Below, piece after piece: positions 26,245 to 38,515 of a stretch of DNA of 64,000 nt. Position numbers and translations under genes: made by a program. Below the pieces are notes generated by a model. That model had not been told where the DNA came from and did no database searches. It saw nothing but the letters and a program-made list of their open reading frames with translations. Position 1 is the stretch's first letter. Each line of letters starts with the position of its first letter. Source of the stretch: Okamejei kenojei (lineage: Eukaryota); assembly GCA_035221665.1 (NCBI GenBank), contig CM069137.1, positions 18,910,001 to 18,974,000 on the forward strand. Direction: 5' to 3'.

Positions 26245-26530
26245 TCATAGAAACATAGAAAATAGGTGCAGGAGGAGGCCATTCGGCCCTTCGAGCCAGC
26301 ACCGCCATTCATTGTGATCATGGCTGATCGTCCCCTTTCAATAACCCGTGACTGCCTTCTTCCCATATCTCTATCTAACTCTCTCTTAAATCCATCCAGT
26401 GACTTGGCCTCCATTGCCCTCTGTGGCAGGGAATTCCATAAATTCACAACTCTCTGTGTGAAAAAGTTTTTTCTCACCTCAGTCTTAAATGACCTCCCCC
26501 TTTATTCTAAGACTGTGGCCCCTGGTTCTG
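26245..26530 (-). mobile_element. CR1 3' end (family A)
   Basis: RKNFFTQRVVNLWNSLPQRAMEA; CATAGAAA tail. Confidence 0.85.
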
Positions 26531-26954
26531 AACTCGGCCTCCAAACCTCCAACCTCCAAACCACACCAAGGTTAGAATGCGTCAAAGAATCATAGAAAAT
26601 GGATGTTTATCATATTACAATGCCAGAATGGTCTCTGTGGTTCAAAGATAAAGATCCATTGAGAGTTTTATGCTTAATACAAAACAGAAAAAGGCTATTC
26701 AGCTCATGCTGACTCTCAGCAGAGCAATTTCATAATTCCTCTCCCCCCCTCTCTCTAGTTCCCCGTACCCATATAACATAACCTCTCTCAATTCCATCAA
26801 TTTCCCCTTTGACTCTTACAAATTAGAGTAACCCATTAACCTACCAGCATATCTTTGGGATGTGAGAGGATACTGAATCACCAGGTAGATACCAATGCAG
26901 AAAACATGAAAACTCCTCACAGTCAGCATCTGAAGTCAGGATCAAACCCAAGTC

Positions 26955-27443
26955 TTTAGTTTTAGTTTAGAGATACAATATGCCTGCGCCGACCAACGAT
27001 CCACGTACACCAGCATTATCCTACACGTTAGGGACAATTTACAATTCTCATCAAAGCCAATTAAGCTACAAACCTGTGCATCTCTGGTATGTGGGAGGAA
27101 ACCAGAACTCCCGGAGAAAACCCACGCGGTCATGGGGAGAACATACAAATTGCGCTCAGACAGCAGCCGCAGTCAGCATCGATCCCAGGTCTCTTTTTTT
27201 AATTTCTAAATAGACTTTATTCAGGTAATAAATATATACAATACATGAACCGTGCAAAAAATTCATCCAACATTTTCGGAGGCTATACAAAATATTCAAT
27301 ACAGTCTACGTACATTGCTCAAATTTCACAAATTTATCCCCCACCCTTGCCACTCATGTGGCCCATTTGCATGGAATCCCTTCCCTTATTTTGAGGGGCG
27401 TCTCTGGCACTGCAAGGCAACAACTCTACCGCTGTGCCACCCT
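26955..27443 (-). mobile_element. tRNA-derived SINE with a nested ~205-bp polyadenylated retro-insert (27195-27399)
   Basis: SINE tail, core and head. The insert has poly(T) and TTTATT (AATAAA on minus) and is flanked by GTCTCT at 27189-27194 and 27400-27405. Confidence 0.75.
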
Positions 27444-28637
27444 TGAGACCTTCAATTGTTGGGCAACAGCACTCACTGTTGTGCTCCACAGCCACACACC
27501 GTGAATTGTAACTTCCTATTCAAGTTCATCATTTCAGTTTTGCACACCAACTCACTGGGCCAAAGGGCCTGTTTTTGTGTGCTGTGATCTCTATTGCACT
27601 ATAACTTGAGTGTTCACTGGTGTGAGGAAAATAGAATGAATTAACCACAGCATGGGGAACTAAAAGGCAATTCTAAATCTCCTGTGAAAATAATGTTATT
27701 TTGTAAGATTTTCTCCTTGTTCAATCTCAATACAATTAGGGAAATTGTACAGGGAAATGGGAGCTGTGTGAGGGAGAACGCTGTTTTTTAGATGCTTGGG
27801 CCAAATGAGTATGAGAGCATTGGTTGGCAGTAGTAGTCACATTCATATACATGGGTTTGAATGTGGGGGGTTGAGAATAATCAGCGGCCAAATGTCTAGC
27901 ATGCTGTTAACACAAGCAACCAATAACATATTTTTCCCCTTACAAGTCAACAGGGAATATTTTAGTGTTGACCCTGAGAGGTCAAACTAGAAAAACGCCT
28001 AAGTGGCACTCTTTAAATCCAGCAGCCTTCCAACACTCAATTCTAACATTTACAGTATTTTACACATTTGGTGTATTTTGCATTTATTCACTCTCAGGAC
28101 AGCAATGTTGTTGGCCGGGTTATTATTTATTGTCCATCCCTTGCAGCAATCTGAATTAGTTGCCTTGCTGGTCATTTCAAAATACATCCACAACACTGGG
28201 TGATATGAATGGAGCACAAATAATGTACGGGTGGCAAATTTCCTTCCCTGAATGACATTGAACGGAATGTTTTTAATGGTAAGTCAGTGGTTTTAATACA
28301 GGCTTCTTTTTCCATACTCTTTTCACTCGTTGAATTTAAAAGTCTTGTTGGCACATTGCTAATTAAGCATGCAGCTGGATTGTAAACAATGGATAATAAT
28401 TTATTTGGATACTAATCCATTAATTTAACCCCTTTGTCACTGGATCCCTGACAATGACACTTTTCAGTAACGATTTAATTTTGCTCTTACATTTCCTTCT
28501 GAAACCATATTTTGTTATTTTACATCTCATTTCACCAGCTTTCGCCTTACACCAGCCAGGATATTGGAAGTTAATCTGGAGACTGAAGAAACTGCAGATG
28601 TCATAATCTTGAGCATAACATAAAGCACTGGAGGAAT

Positions 28638-28942
28638 GGGTGGCACAGTGGTGAAGTGGTAGAGTTGCTGCCTCACAGCACCAGAGATCCTGACCACCGG
28701 TGTTGACTGCATGGACTTTGTATGTTCTCCCTGTGACCGCGTGAGTTATCTCTGGGTGCTCCAGTTTTCTCTCACACTCCATGGAAGTGCAGGTTTATAG
28801 GTTAATTGGCTTCTGTAAATTGTCCCTAGTGTGTAGGATGCAAAATATGGATAGCATGGAACCAGTGCACGGGTGACTAGTATTGGCATGGACTCAGTGG
28901 GCCGAAGGGCCTGTTTCCACGCTGTATCTCTAATTAACTAAA
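28638..28942 (+). mobile_element. tRNA-derived SINE
   Basis: GGTGGCACAGTGG head, conserved core, GGGCCGAAGGGCCTGTTTCC tail. Confidence 0.85.
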
Positions 28943-29484
28943 CAGCAGAGGGACATAAAAGTCTGAAGAAGGATCCTGACCTAAAACGTTGCCTGTCCGT
29001 TCCTCCTCAAATGCTGTATGACCTGTTGAATTCCTCCAGCACTTGGTGTTTGATTTAATCTAAGCAACTGCTTTACTATTCACAGACCTCCTTCCCTTTC
29101 ACTTTCCTCTTTCTCACCTCCCCATACCCTTCCTTTGCAATTTCCTCTTCATTTTAAAGCATATTAAGCTCCAATATTTTACAATTCAGATGAAAAGTTA
29201 CTGACCCAAAGCATTAACTGTTTCTGTCCATCTAGATGCATTGAGATATGATTTTCCTTTGTGTCCAAAACAACTTTTCTCTATGTGCCAGGAGAGACCA
29301 ACTGCACTGCATGGAGTTGAAATTAATTTGCAAGAGAATAATTAAGATCAGTTGTTAACTCGCTTTCCTGATTAATGACAATTTTCTCAGTGTAACACGA
29401 ATTTAGAGCTCCATTTTAAGACCATACATTGACAAAGAATAGGACATTGTAGTAGAATAGGTGATGCTGAACATGGAAGAATAC

Positions 29485-29678
29485 AGAAGATAGACACAAA
29501 AAGCTGGAGTAACTCAATGGGCCAGACAGCATCTCTGGAGAAAAGGAATAGGTTTCAGGTCTGAAGACGGGTCTCGACCCGTAACATCACTGATTCCTTT
29601 TCTTCAGAGATGCTGTCTGACCCGCTGAGCTTTGTATCTATCTTCGGTTTACACCAGCAACTGCAGTTCCTTCCTACG
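29485..29678 (+). mobile_element. Fold-back pLTR-derived element
   Basis: Inverted arms, degenerate hammerhead core, imperfect TSD CATGGAAGAATAC / CATAGAAGAGTAC (29472-29484, 29679-29691). Confidence 0.8.
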
Positions 29679-30221
29679 CATAGAAGAGTACTGCACAGGA
29701 ACCTCAATGTGTGTGCCAAACATGACGCCGAGACCAACTCTTACCTGCCTGCATATAATCCACATTTCTCCATTCCCTGTACATTCATGCACCTCTCCAA
29801 AAGTCTCTTAAATGCCACTATCAAATCTGGCCTCACCACTATCCCCGGCAATGCATTCCAGGCACTCACCACCCTTTGTGTAAAAATCTTGGCTTGCATA
29901 TCTCCTTTGCACATTGCACATCTCACCTTAAAGCTTATGTCCTCTAGTCGTTTACTTTTCAATCGTTCCGACAGTCTACCTTATCCCTACCTCTGGTAAT
30001 TTTATATACTTGAAATAGACTCTTGCAACCTCTGCAAGATTATATAGAGCTGCAGTTATGTAATATTTCATATTCTATGGGCTGAGTTGACGGTCCCTTA
30101 TTTGGAGTTTTTTTGGCTACATATAATTTGTTTTTTCTACTCCCAGGCTTAAGCATTCTATCCAGCAATTTGGAATTTAATTTCCGCTATGATTTTTCCT
30201 AGCACAGTGGGAAGGAACATT

Positions 30222-30530
30222 AGGGGCGGCACGGTGGTGTAGCATTGCAGTGTTGCAACGCCAGAGACCCGGGTTTGATCCCGACTACGGGGTGTGGTCT
30301 GTACGGAGTTTGTTCATTCTACCCATGTCCACATGGGTTTCCTCCAAGATCTTTGGTTTCCCCTCATACTCCAAAGACGCCCAGGTTTGTAGGTTAATTG
30401 GCCTGGTATAAGTGTAAAAAAAAAAATGTTCCTAGTGTGTGTAGGGTAGTGTTAATGTACAGGGATCACTGGTCGGTGTGGACTCGGGCCTGTTTCCGCT
30501 TTGTATCTCTAAACTAATAAACTAAACTAA
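30222..30530 (+). mobile_element. tRNA-derived SINE
   Basis: GGGGCGGCACGGTGG head, GGTTTGATCC B-box variant, (AAACT)n tail. Confidence 0.85.
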
Positions 30531-31756
30531 GCATTCAAATCTAGATACAAGAGGTGAAAGGACAATGTAAAATCCAATTCATCCGAACTACTCATTCCCT
30601 AAGCCTGTAATGTGCACACTTGGAAGTGAAGTGAAAAAAACAAGAACAGGCAAGTCGCTTGAGATTGTTGTTATCCTGCAATAGTTTGTTAATTGACTAT
30701 AAGCCAAAGTTCCTGTTATTACAGAGAAATCAGTCAGTCGTTAAGACAATTGTTTGCATCCAAATTCCTTTTGGGAGAAGCAAATCTGCGTTGATTGCCT
30801 GTAAGTTAAACAAAAACAAGTGTAAATACCATCAGGAATTTTCCAATTATTAAGGGTTTTACAATACTCTCTGTTTGTTTTGCAAACAAATGCACAAAGC
30901 CTAAACTGCGGTGGTTCAGTAATCATCAAGGGACCAATCTGCCTTGGAAATATTTTCTTCATCCTCGTTAAATATCAGACTTCTGAAAGATAAATAGTCA
31001 GTTTATACCAATTGCTCATATCTTTTCAGTAATTTTTCTGCAGTGGGAAATAGGAAAATATATTTCAGAAGCAGAATGATACCATAGATCAGCATTACAG
31101 AAATTAGTGACAAATCCAGGATTGGCTCACTGGAGGGGCTCCATTAATCTACTTTGTGTAAAAACTGTGGCTTACGTGTGGAAGAATATACAGCAGAGTC
31201 TGATGTCTTTGGCTGCACAGTAGAGATTAGGTCCATGGCCAGCACCAAGGACCAGGAATGGCATTCCTGGATGCTTCTGAAGTTGGGAGTTAGCAATCAG
31301 AGCATAGCTGGGAGTGTGGTAACAGAGGGGGCGAGAAGCTGGGAGGTAGAAAGTGCCTGAGCATCTAGGTATGCACATACGTATGCGTATGTGTGTGTGC
31401 AAGCAAGTGACTTGGATGGTAACAACACACAATGCATAAACCACCTTATGTGTAAGCATAAATATCAATGCAGCTGAGCTCAGTAAGCCTGTTCTCCTGC
31501 CATTTTCAAGAAGTCTGAAGAAGGGTCCCGACCCGAAACATCACCCATCCTTTTTCCATAGCGATGCTGCCTGACCCACTGAGTTACTCCAGCACACATT
31601 ATTGCCAGTTGTGAGATTTTGCTGTCACAACTGGCAATAATGAATTGATTTATTTTCAATTCACCTACAAAATTTCATTTACCAAATCCTTTTGGATTCA
31701 TTATTTGCCTGCCAAGGAGATAGATCTTAAGGCTACAAGAAGAATATGTTCTACTC

Positions 31757-32012
31757 ATAGAAACATAGAAACATAGAAAATAGGTGCAGGAGTAGGCCAT
31801 TCGGCCCTTCGAGACAGCACCCCTCATGGCTGATCAGCCAAAATGAGTACCCCATTCCTCCTTTCTCCCCATATCCCTTGATTCCTTAGGCATAAGAGCT
31901 CTATCTAACTTGCTATTGAAAACATCCAATTAATTGGTCTCCACTGCCTTCTGTGGAAGAGAATTCCAGATATTCACAACTCTTTGGGTGAAAAGGTTTT
32001 TCCTCATCTCAG
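31757..32012 (-). mobile_element. CR1 3' end (family A)
   Basis: Triple CATAGAAA tail; RKNLFTQRVVNIWNSLPQKAVE. Confidence 0.85.
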
Positions 32013-32789
32013 TCCATCTCACCCCATGTAGCGCAATATATAGCGCATAGGACGTAGAACAGTACAGCACAAGAAACTGGCCCTTCGGTCCACAATGTCT
32101 GTGTTGAACACGATGCCAAGGGAAACTCTTACCTGCCTGCATGTAATCCATATCTCTACATTCCCTGCATATCCATATACCTATCAAAAAGTCTCTTAAA
32201 TGCCCACTGAGTGCCACAACCACCACCTACGGCTGCGTGTTCCAAGCACTCACCACCCTCTGTGCATAAAACCTGAACGGATTGAAAGCTATCGGGTAAA
32301 CCAGCCACACAATAAAAATGCATTCATGTGTTGACAGGAACTTTGGTAACCACCTCACGGATTTTATTTTACAATGCCTAAAATAAAGCTTAAAATGCTA
32401 AAACAATACTTTAACTTTGTCCCAGCAATGTGTAATCCATCAAAAATTCTCAGAGAAATTCCACCATCTTTCATTCATTGTCAGAAGTTTGACACTTAAA
32501 TCCTGGTTGACTGAGTGGTTCGTAAACTGCAGGAAAGGATGGAGTAAAAACCAATATACCTTGAAAACCAAAGAGAATTTAAGAGAAGGCAAAAGTAGTT
32601 CTGACATTAAATGGAAGGAATACAATCATGATAGTCACAAAGCAGGCTATGGGTCAGATGATATTGTACTTGCAGTATAAAAGACTTAGTTTCGTTTTAG
32701 TTTTTAGTTTAGAGATACAGCACGGAAACAGGGCTTTCGGCCCACCAACTTCACACCGACCGTGAACCCAATTCTCATGCCTTCTCCCC

Positions 32790-33290
32790 ACACTAATCAA
32801 GAATCTCTGCCTTAAAAATATCTATTGACTTGGCCTCCACAGCCTTCTGTGGCAAAGAATTCCACAGATTCACCACCCTCTGACTAAAGAAATTCCTCCT
32901 CATCTTCATAAAGGAACGTCCTTTAATTCTGAGCAATGTTCTAGACTCTCCTACTAGTAGAAACATCCTCTTTGCATCCACTATATCGAAACCTTTCACT
33001 ATTTGGTAATTTTCAATGAGGTCCCCCCTCATCCTAAACGCTAGTGAGTGCAGCCCCAGTGTTGTCAAACGCTCATCATATGTTAACCCACTCATTCCTG
33101 GAATCAATCTTGTAAACCTCCTCTGGACCCTCTCCAGAGCAGCACAATCTTCCACAGATATTGTGCCCAAAATTGCTCACAATATTCCAAATGCAGCCTG
33201 ACCAGCGCCTTATAGAGCCTGAGCAGACTGACCAGCACCTTATGGAGCCTGAGCATTATATCCTTGTTTTGTATTCTAGCACTCTTCTAG
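32790..33290 (-). mobile_element. CR1 fragment
   Basis: ORF 32793..33170 LERVQRRFTRLIPGM..RGDLIE..FFSQRVVNLWNSLP. Confidence 0.85.
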
Positions 33291-35004
33291 CAGTCTGCAC
33301 TCTAGAACACTTCCAGATTGTGTTGAAAGACAAAAACATTTAGGATGAAATTTAATTTTAAAGCAATTTTTTCACACATAAAATCAAATCAGATATTTCG
33401 GAATCGAGATAACAGCAACTGGAACATGACTTGCTGGGAGAAAAACTGGTGACCACCACTGGAGTTTCATTACGATGTTCCTAAGTCTATTGTCGATTCA
33501 TTGATAGAGATTAATCTCCCTGATAAATGAACAATTCCATAGGCAATCTATTCCATGCCTATCAGGAAGGTGGAAGGTACATTAGGTGAACCTTGCCCAT
33601 TTCTTATCTAACATTTCCTACATGCAATGAAAGCAGTTCTACGGTTCTACATCACATTAGTTGAGGCTACTAGTTTTTTTTTTACTTCATGGTCCAAGAA
33701 TGTGTGTACATTTCACAAACTTACTCTGCCATTCAATCATTAATTTCTCAAGGACAGTCCTCAGTCATTATTCTCAAAGGCAGCTGAGTTATGATCTCAT
33801 GTAGAAGGCCCGAAGGCTTGGTGGTCGGCAGGGTCCTCCCGAAGTCCCGTTGGTCGGTGGGACCGGGACCCTGTCCCAAGGCTCGTCAGACTGCATAGCA
33901 GCCCGAAGATGGGACCGGGAGGGAGCTGGACACGTCGGACGCCTGGAGCAAGGGCCGGTAGGAGGGTGAATTAGGTTAATGTCTTCAAGGTCAGCTGCAG
34001 GAGGCAGCCCCAAGAAACAAAGATGGCCGGGCGAGGAGAGGGTCGTTGTTTCGCGGGAACTGCTCCAGTACATCGAGCGCACGGCCGACCGGACTTTGAA
34101 GTTTGAATAATGACGCCAAACCATGGCGGTGGCTGGATGTGTAATATATGCAAAAGGAATCCACTGTGCAGTTGCATATGCGACAAATAAAGCACCTTTG
34201 AACCACTTTTTAAAAAAAGTCTTATTCTTATACATTTGGGTTTTGTTCTATTCTCCCTCTCCCAATCCAGTTACTTCTCCTCTCCTCATCACTTATTATC
34301 CTACAACTTACAAACATTTGTTTGTAAGTTGGGTGATTCCATTTTCTATCATTTGCTCTGTGTCTTTCATGATGAGAGAGTCCTTTGGGCATAATATTCA
34401 AGATATCACTTCACAGTGCTGCACCATTAGTTTATCAGTATTGCGGCAATTGGCAGGGTAAATACATGCCAATCTTTTGCTCTTTGCTCCTCACTGCACG
34501 CTGCTTCTATAAAAGCATGAATCCCCTTTGAAAGACAAATCTTCGCACATTAGTTATTTCCCCTTTCAGTTAATACATACAACCCAATATTTAAAAAAAA
34601 AAAGAATTGATTAAACAGTCATCAAAATGTAAGAACATTCCAAACTTGTCTTGTGAGTTTCCATGGGTTGCTAAATCATACAAGATCACTAGGTATTAAG
34701 AAGGAGGAATGTTGAAAGACAAGGACCCAATTGCACAGTGGTCAATGCTGCATTGAGTAAACTGAATCTGACTGGCTCCGACAACATCATTGCTAAGATT
34801 TGATGCAAGGTGACATAACCAGGAAAATCAAAGAGATATTTTTGTTCAAGTTATTTGTACAGACCGGCAAACCGACTCACAGACGTTACTGGACAGTGTG
34901 AAATTTCTATAATTTTCATATAGCAGTGAGAAGTGTAAATGTTCCAGGCGTATATCAAGGTTGAAGTGAATGTTCCTTTTTATTTTTTTTAATCTTTTTT
35001 TTTG

Positions 35005-35301
35005 TTTGTTTTAGTTTTAAAGGCCCATTAAGTCCACACCAATCATTGATTACCTGTTCACACTAGTTCAATATTATCCCACTTTTGCACCCTGCACACT
35101 AGGGGCATTTTACAGAAGCCAATTAACCTACAAGCTTGCATGTCTTTAGAATGCAGGAGGAAACTGGGTCACCTGGAGAAAACCCACGCGGTCACAAAAA
35201 AAATGTACAAACTCCGTACAGACAGCACCCGCAGTCACGATCAAACTCAGGTCTCCAGCACTGCGAGGCAGCAGCTCTACCATTGTGCCACTGTGTCACC
35301 C
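35005..35301 (-). mobile_element. tRNA-derived SINE
   Basis: Reverse-complement match to the SINE at 28638-28942. Confidence 0.8.
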
Positions 35302-35543
35302 TTTAGAGAACACCTATTAGGAGTCAGAGCAAATTATGCTCTGACTCCTAATTTTGCAATAAACGTAACATGTAGGATGGATTCAATACAATATTCAGTC
35401 ATACGATTTCTCAAAGCAGAGGTGTGACATAGCTGACTTGAAATCTTACAATTTGGGCTGATAGTTTAAAAATAAATTACTTCATGTGCAAGTACTGTAA
35501 ACATCAATGGCTTCCAGCAGGAGGACAGTTGCTATTATCTCCC

Positions 35544-37594
35544 GGTGGTACACAAAAGGCTGGAGAAACTCAGCGGGTGCAGCAGCATCTAAGGAGCGAA
35601 GTAGATAGGCAACATAACGGGTCGAGACCCTACTTCAGACTGGTCAGGGATCAGGAAAACGAGAGATATAGACGGTGATGTGGAGAGATAAAGAACAATG
35701 AATGAAAGATATGCAAAAAAGTATCGATGATAAAGGGAACAAGCCATTGTAAGCTGTTTGTTGTGTGAAAATGAGAAGCTAGTGCGACTAGGGTGGGGGA
35801 GAGAGATAGAGAGAGAGGGAATGCCAGGGCCCGAGGGCTGAGGGAGAGGTGGGAAGGGGAGGAGACAGCAAGGGTTAACAGAATTGAGAAAATTCAATGT
35901 TCAAGCCCAGAGGATGCAGACTCCCCAAGCGGAATATGAGGTGCTGTTCCTCCAACTTGCGGTGTTGCTCACTCTGGCTGTGGAGGAGGCCCAGGACCGA
36001 GAGGTCGGATATGGAATGGGAGGAGTTGAAGTGCTGAGCCACCGGGAGGTCGGCTTGGTTATTGCGGACCGAGCGGAGGTGTTTGGCGAAACGATCGCCA
36101 AGCCTCCACTTGATCTCACCGATATAGATCATCTGGCATCTGGAGTAGCGGATGCAGTAGATGAGGTTGGAGGAGGTGCAGGTGAACCTCTGTCAGACCT
36201 GGAAGGACTGCTTAGGTCCCTGAAAGGAGTGGAGGGGTGAGGTGAAGGGACAAGTGTAGCATTTCTTGCGGTTGCAAGCGAAAGTGCCCGGGGAAGGGGT
36301 AGAGCGGGAGGGAAGGGAAGAATTGACAAGGGAGTTGCGGAGGGAGCGGTCTTTGTGGAAGGTAGACGGGGGGGGGGGGGGGGGGGGGGGGGGGGATGGG
36401 AAGATGTGGCGAGTGGAGGGGTCACGATGGAGGTGTCGAAACTGGCGGAGGACTATGTGTTGTATTTGCCGGCTGGTGGGGTGAAAGGTGAGGACCAGGG
36501 GGACTCTGCCCTGTTTGCGAGTGGGGGAATGGGAGAGAGGGCAGTGTTGCAGGGTATGGAGGAGACCCTGGTGCGAGCCTCATCTATAGTGGGGGAGGGG
36601 AATCCCCGTTCTCTGAAGAATGAGGCTATTTGTGATGACCTGGTGTGGAACACCTCATCCTGGGAGCAGATGCGGCGTAGACGGAGGAATTGGGAATAGG
36701 GGATGGAGTCCTTACAGGAAGCAGGGTGGGAGGAAGAGTAGTCCAGGTAGCTGTTGGAGTCAGTTGGTTTGTAGTGGATGTCGGTCAGGAGTGTATCACC
36801 TGCAATAGAGATGGTGAGGTCAAGGAATGGTAGGGAAATGTCCGAAATGGTCCAAGTGTATTTGAGTGCCGGATGGAAGTTGGTGGTGTAACGGATGAAG
36901 TCAGTCAGTTGTGTGTGGGTGCAGGAGGTGACACCAAAGCAGTCGTCGATGTAACAGAGGTAGAGGTCGGGGATGGGGCCCTGGTACGCCGAGAACAAGG
37001 ATTGTTCGACGTACCCGACAAAGAGGCAAGCGTAGCTGGGGCCCATGCGTGTGCCCATAGCTACGCCTTGTGTTTGGAGGAAATGGGAGGAGTCAAAAGA
37101 GAAGTTATTGAGTGTAAGGACCAACTCCGCTAAGGAGTGTAAGGACCAACTCCAACGGGTATGGGTTGCTCCTCTGGTCGAGGAAGAACCGGAGGGCTTT
37201 GAGACTGTCCTGGTGGGGGATGGAGGTGTAGAGTGACTGGACGTCCATGGTAAAGATGAGAGGATGGGGGCCTGGAGAATGGAATGCGTGGAGCGACGGA
37301 GAGTGTCTGAGGTGTCTTGAACATAGGTGGGGAGGGATTTAACAAAGGGGGATGGGATGGAGTCAAGGTATGTGGAAATGTGTTCGGTGGGGCATGAACA
37401 GGCAGAGACAATGGGTCTGCCAGGGCAGTCGGGTTTGTGGATTTTGGGGAGAAGGTAAAATCGGGCCATGCGGGGCTGGGAAACGATGAGGTTGGAGGCT
37501 CGGGAGGGGTAGGGAGCCGGAGCTGATGAAGTCGGTTATGGTGCTCGAGATGGTGGCCTGGTTTTCGTCAGTGGGGTCATGGTCCAGGGGTAAG
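35544..37594 (-). mobile_element. 5'-truncated Penelope-like retroelement (RT plus GIY-YIG)
   Basis: 11-bp TSD TATTATCTCCC (35533-35543, 37595-37605); RT and endonuclease ORF remnants; pLTR at the 3' end. Confidence 0.95.
35875..37590 (-). pseudogene. Frameshifted PLE reverse transcriptase / GIY-YIG ORF
   Basis: FYLLPKIHK..GRPIVS, GVAMGTRMGPSYACLF, YIDD, FLDL..YKPTD..SSHP..IPYSQFLRLRRICS, then YIGE..RLGDRF. Confidence 0.93.
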
Positions 37595-38395
37595 TATTAT
37601 CTCCCAGCCAGATGAGACAAAATATGTTGTGAACTAACGTGGGAAGATCACAGTATTTTGAGCGGACACATATCCCAACCAGTCTTGGGTATTTTACCTG
37701 CTTCACAAGCTCAGAGCTGGCATTCCAAGTAAGGCAAGGTACCAAGTCCTTGCTGAATATAATAATAAACAACTAAAAATAGACATCATATGTAAAACCA
37801 CTAGAGCCGAGTTTTGTGTATTGACTCGAGCAAGCTTGTTAGTCCCCTAAAAATAAAGATTCCTCCTCTCTGATCATAGGAGAAATTACATAGTTTTGCA
37901 GTCCTTATCAAAGAGGCTCCGTTCCATGTCTGAAAGTTAATGTCTATTGTGGCGATCCTTACATTCATTGATAATTGCGTGGTTTAGGTTTTGTGCATCA
38001 CTCAGAGATGTGAGCAGACTGTCTACACTGACATTAAATGTAGCACTGAGGATATGTTTAGAAGCAAAAATACTGCGGATGCTGGAGATCTGCACCAAAA
38101 TCTCAATGCTGGGTGGTGATAACGTTTCAGGTTGATGAACTTTTATCGGAATGAAATATCAACTCTGTCTTTCTCTTTGCAGCTACTGCCTGACCTGATA
38201 TTAATTTAGAGCATTCTTATCTTAACACTGAAATGTTGCTTTGACAGACGTATAGTTCCTCAGATGTAGTGTCAAAAATCAAGAGTGTTTTATCACTGTC
38301 TCCCACACAAAACAATTAAATTCTCACCTGCAGCAGCACAACAGAATATATAAATATAATACTCTGTAAATAATATAATATATATATTACATATA

Positions 38396-38483
38396 GTCTG
38401 AAGAAGGGTTTCCATCAGTCTGAAGAAGGGTTTCGGCCCGAAACGTTGCCTATTTCCTTCGCTCCATAGATGCTGCTGCACCC
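38396..38483 (+). mobile_element. pLTR-derived element with variant hammerhead core, followed by (TA)n
   Basis: CTGAAGAAGGGTTTCGGCCCGAAACGTT at 38420-38447 (stem II kept with a G-U pair); preceded by a duplicated AGTCTGAAGAAGGGTTTC. Confidence 0.75.

Positions 38484-38515
<32 letters not shown>

Noticed and set aside
33193-33255. ~30-bp tandem duplication in CR1
   Set aside because: Ordinary local slippage.
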